Positions 9,141 to 19,391 of a stretch of DNA of 64,000 nt are shown here, piece after piece. A model generated the notes under the pieces. It was not told the DNA's origin. It searched no databases and saw nothing but the letters and a program-made list of their open reading frames with translations. This DNA is from a virus (taxonomy: Duplodnaviria > Caudoviricetes). The stretch spans positions 1,796 through 65,795 of the IMG/VR virus record IMGVR_UViG_3300027899_000800, one strand, 5' to 3'. Numbering within the stretch: the stretch's first letter is position 1; each line of letters opens with the position of its first letter. The translations under genes were made by a program, and so were the position numbers.

Positions 9141-9565
9141 TGGAAAAAATATATTTAACTTGGAAAGATATTGAGGATGCTATTGAGAGTCTAGCTTATC
9201 AAATTAAAAATAGTGATGAATCTTTAGAGGCAATAACTGGATTACCTAGAGGAGGACTCATCCCAGCAGTATTACTTTCTCATAAACTCAATTTACCATA
9301 TGTTAACATAACAGATGACTGTGAAAAATATGATAGTATTTTAGTTATAGATGATATATGTGACTCAGGAGAAACTCTTAAACAATATCATCAATTATTT
9401 TCTACAGCTACTATTCATTATAAACAATTAGCTTTAGTTAAACCTGATTTTTATTATAGTTTAGCTCCCGATGATAAATGGATAGTTTATCCATGGGAAC
9501 AAAAAGACTCACAAACAATACCAGATTATGCAACAAAAAGAATCAAAAACAAATTGGCATTTTAA
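9140..9565 (+). CDS. purine phosphoribosyltransferase (Gpt/XGPRT-like)
   Basis: GLPRGGLIPA, PRPP-binding ILVIDDICDSGET, WIVYPWE. Confidence 0.88.
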   Translation: MEKIYLTWKDIEDAIESLAYQIKNSDESLEAITGLPRGGLIPAVLLSHKLNLPYVNITDDCEKYDSILVIDDICDSGETLKQYHQLFSTATIHYKQLALVKPDFYYSLAPDDKWIVYPWEQKDSQTIPDYATKRIKNKLAF

Positions 9566-9689
9566 TATTAGCTTACTAAAATCATGCCTTCGAATAGTAG
9601 CAGGTGTTGCTATGATTAAAGGTGAATTTACACCAGCCGGAGTAGTGCTTATATTAGCAGAAATACTTGGAGTTATAGAAGAATTTTAA
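9528..9689 (+). CDS. 53 aa membrane peptide (MQQKESKTNWHF...LILAEILGVIEEF), not in the ORF track
   Basis: Open frame filling the gap between the PRTase and dUTPase genes; two hydrophobic segments. Confidence 0.55.
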   Translation: MQQKESKTNWHFNISLLKSCLRIVAGVAMIKGEFTPAGVVLILAEILGVIEEF

Positions 9690-9701
9690 TAAATTTAATA
9701 T

Positions 9702-10238
9702 ATGTTAAACGCAAAACAAATAGTAGATGAAGGTTTACTTCTTCTAGAATATACAAAAGGCAAACCAGCACAAGTTGGTTATGATTTATCTCTTAAAGCA
9801 GTACAACGGATAGGTATTAGTGTTGAGGGTATGGCTAATGCTACTTATTCTGATAATAAAATTGGTAAAGTTTTAAAAGATAAAACTGAATTAACTACTT
9901 ATACTTCTATTGATCCTATTAATTTAGATGGAGCTAGAGGTTGGTTATTATATGAAGGTGTATATGATATTACCTTTAATGAAGGATGTAATATACCTGA
10001 TAATAGAGTAGCGTTTATTAAACAACGTTCATCATTATATCGCAACGGTGCTATAATTAATAGTCCTGTATTTGATCCTGGATTTAAAACAGATAATATG
10101 GGTACATTGCTCTATGTACATGAAACAATATTCATTGAACAAGATGCTAGAGTAGCACAAATCTATTTTCATGAATGTGTATCTGCTGAAATGTATGATG
10201 GACAGTGGCAAGGTGATAAACAACGTAGTTCTCTTTAA
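9702..10238 (+). CDS. trimeric dUTPase / dCTP deaminase family protein
   Basis: GYDLSL, RSSL.RNG, FDPGF, RVAQI, YDGQWQG. Confidence 0.85.
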   Translation: MLNAKQIVDEGLLLLEYTKGKPAQVGYDLSLKAVQRIGISVEGMANATYSDNKIGKVLKDKTELTTYTSIDPINLDGARGWLLYEGVYDITFNEGCNIPDNRVAFIKQRSSLYRNGAIINSPVFDPGFKTDNMGTLLYVHETIFIEQDARVAQIYFHECVSAEMYDGQWQGDKQRSSL

Positions 10239-10271
10239 TTTGTATATATTTATATAAAACATATATTTATT

Positions 10272-10595
10272 ATGGAAGGATTTGATCCAAAACAAGAATC
10301 TAAAGGTGTAGGCGACACAATAGCTAAAGTAACTAATTTTTTAGGTATTGATAAATTAGCGGATGCTGTGGCTAAATTAGCAGGAGCTGAAGGATGTGGA
10401 TGTAATGAACGTAGACAAATGCTAAATGAGTTATTTTCTTATGAAGGAAAAACTAGAAAAGTTAAAGTATTACAACAATTTAATTGGCATGGTACTGAAT
10501 ATTTTGAAGGACAAGTTGTAGAAGTAAATAAAACACATCCATTAGTTAGTGGTATAATAGTTTTAGCTAAAGATAAAATGTTAGAAGAGTTATGA
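10272..10595 (+). CDS. conserved phage hypothetical protein
   Basis: SKGVGDTIAKVT..LGI and GCGCNERR..LN pattern. Confidence 0.7.
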   Translation: MEGFDPKQESKGVGDTIAKVTNFLGIDKLADAVAKLAGAEGCGCNERRQMLNELFSYEGKTRKVKVLQQFNWHGTEYFEGQVVEVNKTHPLVSGIIVLAKDKMLEEL

Positions 10596-11644
10596 AATTA
10601 GATAAATTTTTTAAACTTAAAAATGATTTAGAAACGTTTAACTTTGAGAAAAATTTCAATCCTCTAAGTAAGACACTTTACTATTTTTCATTTTTAGGAA
10701 ACATATTTTTAATTCTATTTAGTTACTTTTTCATTAAAAATGTAACAGATAGCATTCCTCAACTATTCCCAGGACAAGGAGTATTTTTTTCTATATTTGT
10801 TATCTTGTTTATGACAGGATATGAATTGTTTAAACGGTTTGCTTTTGAACAACTTACATCTACTATTTTACGTGTTCGTAAACTAACAATTAATATAGTA
10901 TTAGGTATATTAGTATCTTTAGCTCTAGTAACAGGTTCATTTTATTTATCACTTAATGGCGCTCATAGATTAATTGATACTAGTGAAGTAATTGAAAATA
11001 AATTAGATACAACAGTAAGTAATGTATCTGATTCTATATCGAATATCTACCAACAAAGAATCGCTTTAAAAGAACAACAAATACAAGCCATCAATACTAA
11101 CGATGATGATGGAGTGTTAAGTAAACGTCAGTTAAATACTATTAAAGCGTTAGAAGCTGATGTTAAAACATATGAAACCGAAAGAGATAATCGTATAACT
11201 CAATTTGAAGAAAAAACAGGTAAAAAATTAAATAAACAAGAAGACAGAATACAACAGAATAGTTTCGCATTCGCTATAATGGTTCTTTTTCTTGAGTTTA
11301 TTATATTAATAGGAGTAGCATTTGATGCTTATTATACTTGGACTTCATTTTCTGAAATGAAAAGTTTATTAGCAACACCTAAATTTAAACAATTAGAAAC
11401 AAATTTAAGATTGTTAAAATTATATTTCCAAAACGGAAGAAAAAAAGAACAAGATTTAGTTATATCTCGTTCTAAATTAACTAGTTTAGCTTTTTCTTCT
11501 AATCTATCATGTAATCAAAAAGATATTCAAGCTTTTATAGTATTATGTTCTGAACTTGAAGTTACAATTGGAGATAGAAGAAAAAAAGTTTATAATATGA
11601 GCTATGAAAAAGCTAAAAATTTAATTGAAACCCAAGAAATTTAA
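10592..11644 (+). CDS. multi-TM membrane protein with a coiled-coil loop
   Basis: Three N-terminal TM segments, long coiled coil, fourth TM. Confidence 0.75.
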   Translation: MKLDKFFKLKNDLETFNFEKNFNPLSKTLYYFSFLGNIFLILFSYFFIKNVTDSIPQLFPGQGVFFSIFVILFMTGYELFKRFAFEQLTSTILRVRKLTINIVLGILVSLALVTGSFYLSLNGAHRLIDTSEVIENKLDTTVSNVSDSISNIYQQRIALKEQQIQAINTNDDDGVLSKRQLNTIKALEADVKTYETERDNRITQFEEKTGKKLNKQEDRIQQNSFAFAIMVLFLEFIILIGVAFDAYYTWTSFSEMKSLLATPKFKQLETNLRLLKLYFQNGRKKEQDLVISRSKLTSLAFSSNLSCNQKDIQAFIVLCSELEVTIGDRRKKVYNMSYEKAKNLIETQEI

Positions 11645-11663
11645 GTTATATTTAAAATAAGTT

Positions 11664-12920
11664 ATGGAAACAATTTTTATATCGATAGCGAGTTATCGCG
11701 ATCCTGAGTTATTACCTACATTAAGAGACTGTATAGCAAACGCTAAACAAGCGGAAAGAATCACATTTGGAATATGTAGACAATTCCATCCAGATGATAA
11801 ATTTGACGTCTTAGATGAATTTAAAGACGATCCTAGATTTAAAGTTATTAATGTACCATTTGAACATTCTAAAGGTACCTGTTGGGCTAGAAATATGATT
11901 CAAGAATTATGGGATGGTGAAACATATTATATGCAATTAGATTCACATCATCGTTTTTCTAAACACTGGGATGTTACTCTAGTTAAAATGTTTAAACAAT
12001 TAAAAAAATTAGGCCATAAAAAACCACTATTAACAGCTTATCTACCTAGTTTCTTCCCAGATAATGATCCAGGAGGCAGAATGGAAGATTGCTGGAATTT
12101 AGAGTTTGATAGATTTTTACCTGAAGGACCTATTTTTATTAAACCACATTCTATTGAGAATTGGAAAGAACTTAAATCACCACTTCCTGCTAGATTTTTA
12201 TCTGGTCATTTTATTTTTACTTTAGGAAAATGGGCTAAAGAAGTAAAATATGATCCATATTATTATTTCCATGGTGAAGAACCATCATTAGCGGTTAGAT
12301 CATTTACATACGGATATGATTTATTTCAACCACATATACCAGTTATATGGCATGAGTACACTAGAAATGGTAAAGTAAAACAATGGGATGATGATAAAGA
12401 TTGGAATGCTAAAAATAAAACATCATATTCTAGATATAGAGCTTTACATGGAATGGGAAATGTAATTGAAGATACACTTATTGATTTAGAAAAATATGGA
12501 TTTGGAAAAACACGTACTTTAGAAGAATATGAACGATATATAGGAGTAAAATTTTCAACAAGACAAGTACATAGACATACATCTGAATATAAATTACTTC
12601 CTGTACCACAAGAAAATTTTGAAGAAAATTTAGTTAGTAGAATTAAAGTTTGTATTGATATTTGGAAAGGAGCTTTAACTGAAACTGATTATCAATTTGT
12701 AGTTTTAGCTACACTAGATGAAAATGGAAATGACTTATTTAGACAAGATGCTGATGGTAATGAAATCTATTCTCTCATAAACTCAGATCCACAAGATCAG
12801 TTTATTCATATTTGGAGAGAATATGATGATAATAAATTACCAGCACAATGGAGAGCATGGCCGTATAGTGAATCAAAAGGATGGATGGAAAGAATAGATC
12901 AAATTATACAATATGAATAA
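11664..12920 (+). CDS. GlcNAc-transferase family (GT60/Gnt1-like) glycosyltransferase, paralog 1
   Basis: IFISIASYRDPEL, G.CWARN, YMQLDSHHRF..WD, FHGEE..L.VR.FT.GYD. Confidence 0.8.
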   Translation: METIFISIASYRDPELLPTLRDCIANAKQAERITFGICRQFHPDDKFDVLDEFKDDPRFKVINVPFEHSKGTCWARNMIQELWDGETYYMQLDSHHRFSKHWDVTLVKMFKQLKKLGHKKPLLTAYLPSFFPDNDPGGRMEDCWNLEFDRFLPEGPIFIKPHSIENWKELKSPLPARFLSGHFIFTLGKWAKEVKYDPYYYFHGEEPSLAVRSFTYGYDLFQPHIPVIWHEYTRNGKVKQWDDDKDWNAKNKTSYSRYRALHGMGNVIEDTLIDLEKYGFGKTRTLEEYERYIGVKFSTRQVHRHTSEYKLLPVPQENFEENLVSRIKVCIDIWKGALTETDYQFVVLATLDENGNDLFRQDADGNEIYSLINSDPQDQFIHIWREYDDNKLPAQWRAWPYSESKGWMERIDQIIQYE

Positions 12921-14166
12921 AAAAGAAACAATACTGGTACATCTACCAGCTTATAGAGATCCGGAATTAATCCCAACAATTAAAGATGCTTTAGATAAAG
13001 CTAAATATCCTAAACGTATCCACTTTGGAATATGTAGACAATTCCATCCAGAAGATGGTTTTGATAATTTGGATGAATTTAGGAAAGATAAACGTTTTCA
13101 TATTATGGATGTTCCATATGATAAAGCAGAAGGTTTACCTTGGGCTAGAGCTCAAATAAATGAAAAATTATTAACAAATCAAGATTATATTTGTCAATTA
13201 GATTCACATCATAGATTTGCTCAAGATTGGGATGTTACTTTAATTGATATGCATAATGGGTTAGAGAAAAAAGGTTATAAACCAATTTTAGCCGCTTATT
13301 TACCTCTATATGATCCATTTAACGACCCAGCAGGAAGAGCTGATGTACCTTGGCAACAACAGTTTGTTTGTTTTTATCCACATGGTACTATATTTATTCG
13401 TCCAGGATTACTTACAGGATGGCAAAATATGACTGAACCTCCATTTAGTAGATTCTTATCAGGACATTTTTGTTTCGCTCGTTCATCATGGGCTAAAGAA
13501 ATTAGACATGATCCAGATATTTACTTTAGTGGTGAAGAAATTAACTTAACAGTTAGATCTTATACACATGGATATGATTTATTCCATCCTCATAAAATGG
13601 TAGTTTGGCACTCAACAATGAGAGAAGAAAGAGCAGGTATGTTAAAGTGGGATGATGATGCTAAATTAGGAGTAGATTGGTGGAATAAACAAGATTACGC
13701 TCGTAAAAAAATTAGAACATTATTTAGAGTAGAAGACAATCCAGAAATTGATTTAACAGGATATGATTTAGGAACTGTTAGAACAATAGCTGATTATGAA
13801 GCATATGCTGGCGTTGATTTTAAAACTAAATCTGTACAAAAATATACTATTGAAAATGGATATCCACCTACACCTGTTGATAGTCCATGGTCTAAATCAT
13901 TTTATCATTTAGTTACAGTTTATAGACGTGATTTACCTGAAAGTGATTATGATTCAATACTGATAGCATTTGATGATAAAGACGGAATTGGAATTCATTC
14001 TAAATTTATTGAAGGTTCTGAATTAGAAAATTTCTTAAAAGATAATGGACCTATTCATTATGAAGAATATTTCCAGTATTTTGATAAAGAACCAACTAGA
14101 ATGGTAGCTTGGGCCCATAGTAAAGAAAGAGGATGGGTTGAAAGAATTGAACACAGTATTGATTAA
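12913..14166 (+). CDS. GlcNAc-transferase family (GT60/Gnt1-like) glycosyltransferase, paralog 2
   Basis: AYRDPEL, WARA, QLDSHHRF..WD, FSGEE..L.VR.YT.GYD; tandem with paralog 1. Confidence 0.8.
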   Translation: MNKKETILVHLPAYRDPELIPTIKDALDKAKYPKRIHFGICRQFHPEDGFDNLDEFRKDKRFHIMDVPYDKAEGLPWARAQINEKLLTNQDYICQLDSHHRFAQDWDVTLIDMHNGLEKKGYKPILAAYLPLYDPFNDPAGRADVPWQQQFVCFYPHGTIFIRPGLLTGWQNMTEPPFSRFLSGHFCFARSSWAKEIRHDPDIYFSGEEINLTVRSYTHGYDLFHPHKMVVWHSTMREERAGMLKWDDDAKLGVDWWNKQDYARKKIRTLFRVEDNPEIDLTGYDLGTVRTIADYEAYAGVDFKTKSVQKYTIENGYPPTPVDSPWSKSFYHLVTVYRRDLPESDYDSILIAFDDKDGIGIHSKFIEGSELENFLKDNGPIHYEEYFQYFDKEPTRMVAWAHSKERGWVERIEHSID

Positions 14167-14171
14167 AAATT

Positions 14172-15140
14172 ATGAAAAAGAGAGCATTAATTACAGGTAT
14201 AACAGGACAAGATGGTTCATATTTAACTGAATTTTTATTGTCAAAAGATTATGAAGTATTTGGAGCTATTAGAAGACATTCTTCTAATGATTTAGATAAA
14301 TCAAGAATAGGTCATTTATTAAATGATATTAATTTAGAATACGCTGATTTAACTGATTTAAGTTCACTTCAAAAAATTATACTTGATAGTAAACCTCATG
14401 AAATATATAATTTAGGAGCTCAATCTCATGTTAAAGTAAGTTATGAGAATCCTATTTATACAGCTAATGTTGTAGCTATTGGAGTTTTAAATCTACTTGA
14501 AGCAGCTAGAAACTATAGTCCATACTCAAAAATATATCAAGCCGGTACATCAGAAATGTTTGGTAATTCTATAGATAAAGACGGTTTCCAAAGAGAAACA
14601 ACCATATTCAAACCAGCTAATCCTTACGCTGTAGCTAAAGTATTTGCTCATCAAATATGTTCTAATTATAGAAATGCTTATAAAATGCATATTAGTAATG
14701 GAATATTATTTAATCATGAGTCACCTAGAAGAGGAGAGACATTTGTAACAGCTAAAGTAGTAAAAGGAGCAGTTAAGATTTATAAAGGATTAGAAAATGA
14801 ATTAAAATTAGGTACATTAGATACTTATAGAGATTGGGGACATGCTAAAGATTATACTAGAGCTATGTGGATGATATTACAAGAAAATGAACCTGATGAT
14901 TATATTTGCTCCACTGGAGTTACTAAAAGTATTAAAGATTTATGTGAGTATGTATTTAATAAATTAGAATTAGACTACACTAAACATGTTATTATAGATC
15001 CTAATTTTGTTAGACCAGAAGAAACATTACATCTTAAAGGAGACTCATCCAAATTAAAAAACAAAACAGGATGGACTCCAGAGTATAGTTTTGAAACATT
15101 AATGGATGAAATGATTGAATACTATTTAAATAAAATATAA
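14172..15140 (+). CDS. gmd: GDP-mannose 4,6-dehydratase
   Basis: ALITGITGQDGSYL, NLGAQSHV, QAGTSEMFG, PYAVAK, LFNHESPRRGETFV, RDWGHAKDY. Confidence 0.95.
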   Translation: MKKRALITGITGQDGSYLTEFLLSKDYEVFGAIRRHSSNDLDKSRIGHLLNDINLEYADLTDLSSLQKIILDSKPHEIYNLGAQSHVKVSYENPIYTANVVAIGVLNLLEAARNYSPYSKIYQAGTSEMFGNSIDKDGFQRETTIFKPANPYAVAKVFAHQICSNYRNAYKMHISNGILFNHESPRRGETFVTAKVVKGAVKIYKGLENELKLGTLDTYRDWGHAKDYTRAMWMILQENEPDDYICSTGVTKSIKDLCEYVFNKLELDYTKHVIIDPNFVRPEETLHLKGDSSKLKNKTGWTPEYSFETLMDEMIEYYLNKI

Positions 15141-15142
15141 TA

Positions 15143-16135
15143 ATGTCTGGGAAAATTTTTAATATACATTTAGGACCAATCACTCCAAAAACAAGATTTT
15201 TACCTTTTTTAGAAACACATGCTTCTACTTTAGATAGATATGTTCATGTAGTTGACAATTATGAATTTTTTGAACCTTATAAAGATAAAACTATAATAAT
15301 TGATATAAATAAGTATCGAGAAAACCATCCATGGAGTAAAGATAAAGAAATATTATATAGTGAAAAAGATCCACTTTTATTCGTTAAGAATTTTAGAGAA
15401 TTTTGTTTTGATGAAAAAAATTATTATCCTTTAGATTTAATGAGAGCGGCGTTTTTGCATTTTTATGAAAATGATATTTTAAATTTTGCTTTTATAGCCA
15501 CTAATGCTGTTATGACAAATGATAATACACTTCTTGATGAATATTTTGATAAAAAACCTCCAGGGTCATTTTATTTACTTAACTTTAATGATTCACCAAG
15601 ACCATTTCAATTAGACCAATTTATACGTAAAGGAATAAAAGAAAAATATCCATTTTTAAAATTAACTGGTCAGTACAATTATTTTGATGGATGGAATATC
15701 TCTTTTCATTTTAAAAATAAAGAAGATTTACTTTTATTTTATAATATATGGGATGATGTTTTACGATTATATTATAATAGTCCTGATGCAAAACATCTGT
15801 TAGGAACTACCGCTGGTTATACTCAATACGAAGCTGTAATAGGATATGTGATTAAAATATTTAATGACACTTTTAATTATGAAATAGGTAGTATTCTAGA
15901 TCAGTGGTCAAATGGTACAACAGGAAAATATATTTGTAGAATTCATGATACTTTTTTATGGCATGGTGGTGGAACAGTTAGGTTTGCTGATCGATATGGA
16001 TTTATAAATAATAAAGATATAAACACAGTAGAAGATTTTATAAAAATTAATAAAGAAGCTCTTACAAAATTTTATTACGAATCTAATCTTGATTTTAAAA
16101 TAACAGATGAAACAGTATTTTTAAAACTTAAATAA
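15143..16135 (+). CDS. hypothetical protein in glycan island (possibly a divergent transferase)
   Basis: 330 aa ORF, no recognised motif; call rests on context only. Confidence 0.6.
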   Translation: MSGKIFNIHLGPITPKTRFLPFLETHASTLDRYVHVVDNYEFFEPYKDKTIIIDINKYRENHPWSKDKEILYSEKDPLLFVKNFREFCFDEKNYYPLDLMRAAFLHFYENDILNFAFIATNAVMTNDNTLLDEYFDKKPPGSFYLLNFNDSPRPFQLDQFIRKGIKEKYPFLKLTGQYNYFDGWNISFHFKNKEDLLLFYNIWDDVLRLYYNSPDAKHLLGTTAGYTQYEAVIGYVIKIFNDTFNYEIGSILDQWSNGTTGKYICRIHDTFLWHGGGTVRFADRYGFINNKDINTVEDFIKINKEALTKFYYESNLDFKITDETVFLKLK

Positions 16136-16140
16136 ATAAT

Positions 16141-16881
16141 ATGATAAACGTTTTTAGACTTTATGATCCTATTTTACAAAAAGTAAGAATAGGAAACAAT
16201 TGGGATGGTGGATATGTTGTTGCTCTTCAATCTTTAGGTAGAAGTAGTGCTCTATTTAGTTATGGAGTTGGTACAGATATTTCTTTTGAAAAAGCATATG
16301 TTGATGCTACTAATAGAGAAGCATTTTGTTTTGATCACACTATTGAAAATTTTGTAGTTGATGAACCATACCAAAATAAAATAACATACCTTAAAGAAGG
16401 CATTTCAGGAATAAAAACAGATGTTACAAACAACTTTATAGAACATTATAAAGAAAGAGGAATGACAGAAAGAGTTTTATTTAAAGCAGATGTGGAAGGT
16501 GCCGAAATAGAATTTATATTAAATACAGATATAAGTGAATTAGCTCGTATAACAACTGGTCTTGTATTTGAATTTCATTATTTACAAGATCCAACACGAC
16601 GAGAAGAAACATTTGAGTGTTTAAAAAAACTTAATGAGCACTTCTTATTATGTCATGTACATGGAAATAATTATGCTAATAACTTTGTCTATGATGAGGT
16701 ACAACCAAATAACTATATTAAATCATACTCAGTTCCAGAAGTGATAGAATTAACTTTTGTGAATAAAGATTTAGTTCCATATGTTAAAGTAGATACTAAA
16801 CCATATCCTAGTGAATTTCTAGATAGAAAAAATGAATTATCAAAACCAGAATTAGATTTAAGTTTTTTAAAATTAATATAA
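16141..16881 (+). CDS. FkbM/Methyltransf_22-like SAM methyltransferase
   Basis: RIG..WDGGY, SYGVG.DISFE, FKADVEGAE, FEFH, HVHGNN. Confidence 0.75.
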   Translation: MINVFRLYDPILQKVRIGNNWDGGYVVALQSLGRSSALFSYGVGTDISFEKAYVDATNREAFCFDHTIENFVVDEPYQNKITYLKEGISGIKTDVTNNFIEHYKERGMTERVLFKADVEGAEIEFILNTDISELARITTGLVFEFHYLQDPTRREETFECLKKLNEHFLLCHVHGNNYANNFVYDEVQPNNYIKSYSVPEVIELTFVNKDLVPYVKVDTKPYPSEFLDRKNELSKPELDLSFLKLI

Positions 16882-16882
16882 A

Positions 16883-17740
16883 ATGATTTATATATCATTA
16901 ACAACTGTTCCTGATAGGATGAATTTTGAATATTCATCTAGAATAAATTTATTATCTTTATTAAATCAAAAAACAGATAAAGAATATAAAGTATTATATA
17001 ATGTTCCTTCAATTTATAGAGTGAAAGGAGAAGAAATTATCATACCAGAATGGGTAATAGAATTACAAAGTCAAAATGATAAACTTATAATCAACAGAAC
17101 AAAAGATTATGGTCCTGTAACAAAAATAGTGGGTTGCTTATTATATACAGCAGATCCAGATGATGTGTTGATTGTAGTTGACGATGATCATGAGTACCAT
17201 GAAGAAATGTTAGAATATCATTTATATAAATTAAATCAATATCCAAACAGTGCTATTGCTTTTAGAGGTGATAGACTTTGTGAAAAAAGAGAATGGACTG
17301 AAGACGGAATTCAGAAATATAATTTTGTCCAAGCTGTTGATAATTTTCCTGTAAAACATGATTTAAATTTAGCTATAACAGGACATTGGCATTCTGTAGG
17401 TTATAAAAGATCATTTTTTAAAGATGATTTTTTAGATGAAAGTTTTCTATTAGATAATCACTGGTCAGATGATATTATAATAGCGTATTATGTAGCTAAA
17501 AATAAGTTAGAAATAAAATGTGCAGCGTGGGATAAAGAAACAGATTGGAGACTAGTAAATTATGATGGTAGACCTTGTAATTCATTTCCAGTAGTTAATA
17601 CTTTACCTTTTAATAATGCGGGATGTTTTGTTTTAAGAAATATAACCGGTACACATATTAACGATCAAGCAACTTACCCTCAAGATTGGGTTAATTGTAT
17701 ACTTGATTATTACTCAGGAAAAATTCACACAAATGGCTAA
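16883..17740 (+). CDS. GT-A fold glycosyltransferase
   Basis: ISLTTVP.R, DYGP.TK, VVDDD, SDDI. Confidence 0.75.
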   Translation: MIYISLTTVPDRMNFEYSSRINLLSLLNQKTDKEYKVLYNVPSIYRVKGEEIIIPEWVIELQSQNDKLIINRTKDYGPVTKIVGCLLYTADPDDVLIVVDDDHEYHEEMLEYHLYKLNQYPNSAIAFRGDRLCEKREWTEDGIQKYNFVQAVDNFPVKHDLNLAITGHWHSVGYKRSFFKDDFLDESFLLDNHWSDDIIIAYYVAKNKLEIKCAAWDKETDWRLVNYDGRPCNSFPVVNTLPFNNAGCFVLRNITGTHINDQATYPQDWVNCILDYYSGKIHTNG

Positions 17741-19385
17741 TATATCGTTTTACGGATCACACAATGCGGCGTTAGTAATAGAAGACAATGGAGAAATACT
17801 TTGTGTTTTAGAAACTGAAAGATTTACCAATTCAAAAAATGGAGGAATAGCTCAGTATAAAACAGTAAAAGATATTCATTTAACTATGGAAAATATAGTT
17901 GACTGGATACAAAGAACATACAATATAAAAGAATTTGAAAACTGTATAGTCAATTCAGTTACAGTTAATATGTGGGGTGAAACATATGATTTACATAAAA
18001 TGATACCCCATAAAAATACTGTTTTAGTTAACCATCATGAAGCCCATGCCGCGGGAGCTTTTTATCAATCACCTTTTGAAGAAGCATTAATATTTTCTTT
18101 TGATGGAGGAGGAAATGATGGAAAATTTAATATATATAAAGCCACTAGAGAAGAAGGACCTATATTATTAGAAAGTGTATCAAATCCTCAACTCAAAAAT
18201 GATCATATTAAATATGATTTAGGTTTTCCTTATGCTACATTTGGTGATTTTTTTGAAGACATCGGAAAAGAACCAATAGTAGATGGTAATTTAGTATACC
18301 CAGGAAAAATAATGGGACTATGTTCTTATGGAACTGTCCATGAAGATTGGATTCCGTATTTTATAGACTATTATAAAGAAAACGCTGCCTCAGGAGAATA
18401 TATGGAGGCTATACAACGATTAATAGGAGATAAAATAGGTGTTAAATTTGATATCAACAATAGATTAACAGGTCAAATAGCATATGATGTAGCAGCTACA
18501 ACTCAGAGAGCATTTGAAGAATGTTTTTTTGAAATAGCTAATCCATATTTAGAAAAATATCCAAATTTACCTATATGTGTAGCTGGAGGATGTGGTTTAA
18601 ATATTATATTAAATACAAGGATAAAAAAAGAAACAAATAGAGAAGTATTTGTAGGACCAAATCCTAACGATTGCGGTCTAGCATCAGGATTACTTTTACA
18701 ATTCTTAAAACCAAAAACACCTGTTGACTTGACCTATAAAGGGATACCTATTTTAGATTATAATAGTTTAGCTGAATATTTCTTTTTTGGATGTGGTAAT
18801 TTAATTAGAAAAATTTCTGATCATGTTCCTGATGATTATCATTTTAGTTCCTTTATAACTGTAAAAGAGGTTATAACAGAACTCAAAGAAGGAAAAATCA
18901 TAGGTGTAGTTAGAGGAGGAGCAGAACATGGACCTAGAGCTTTAGGTAATAGAAGTATTATATGTAATCCATCTATTCCTAATATGAAAGATATATTAAA
19001 CTCAAAAGTAAAAAACAGAGAATGGTATCGCCCGTTCGCACCAGTGGTTAGATTAGAAGATGTGTCTAAATACTTTGAATGGGAAGGTGAATCTAGATGG
19101 ATGAGTTTTTGCCCTGTAGTTAGAGAAGAATGGAGAGAAAAATTAGCTGCTGTAACACATGTTGATAACACAGCTAGAGTACAAACGGTAACTAGAGAAC
19201 AAAATGAGTGGTTATATGATTTAATTACAGAATTTGAAAAAGAAACAGGAATAGGTGTTTTATTAAATACATCTTTTAACGTTAATGGTAAACCTATATT
19301 ATCAACATTAAAAGACGCATTTCATATATTTCATAATACTCAATTGGACAGATTGATAATAGAAAATTATTACTTTATTAAATAA
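17733..19385 (+). CDS. carbamoyltransferase (NodU/CmcH/TobZ family), ATG start at 17733
   Basis: GSHN, HHEAHA, SFDGGG, GKIMGL, AGGCGLN, PNDCG, GPRALGNRS, REWYRPFAP, THVDNTARVQTV, LLNTSFN. Confidence 0.92.
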   Translation: MANISFYGSHNAALVIEDNGEILCVLETERFTNSKNGGIAQYKTVKDIHLTMENIVDWIQRTYNIKEFENCIVNSVTVNMWGETYDLHKMIPHKNTVLVNHHEAHAAGAFYQSPFEEALIFSFDGGGNDGKFNIYKATREEGPILLESVSNPQLKNDHIKYDLGFPYATFGDFFEDIGKEPIVDGNLVYPGKIMGLCSYGTVHEDWIPYFIDYYKENAASGEYMEAIQRLIGDKIGVKFDINNRLTGQIAYDVAATTQRAFEECFFEIANPYLEKYPNLPICVAGGCGLNIILNTRIKKETNREVFVGPNPNDCGLASGLLLQFLKPKTPVDLTYKGIPILDYNSLAEYFFFGCGNLIRKISDHVPDDYHFSSFITVKEVITELKEGKIIGVVRGGAEHGPRALGNRSIICNPSIPNMKDILNSKVKNREWYRPFAPVVRLEDVSKYFEWEGESRWMSFCPVVREEWREKLAAVTHVDNTARVQTVTREQNEWLYDLITEFEKETGIGVLLNTSFNVNGKPILSTLKDAFHIFHNTQLDRLIIENYYFIK

Positions 19386-19391
19386 ATAAAA

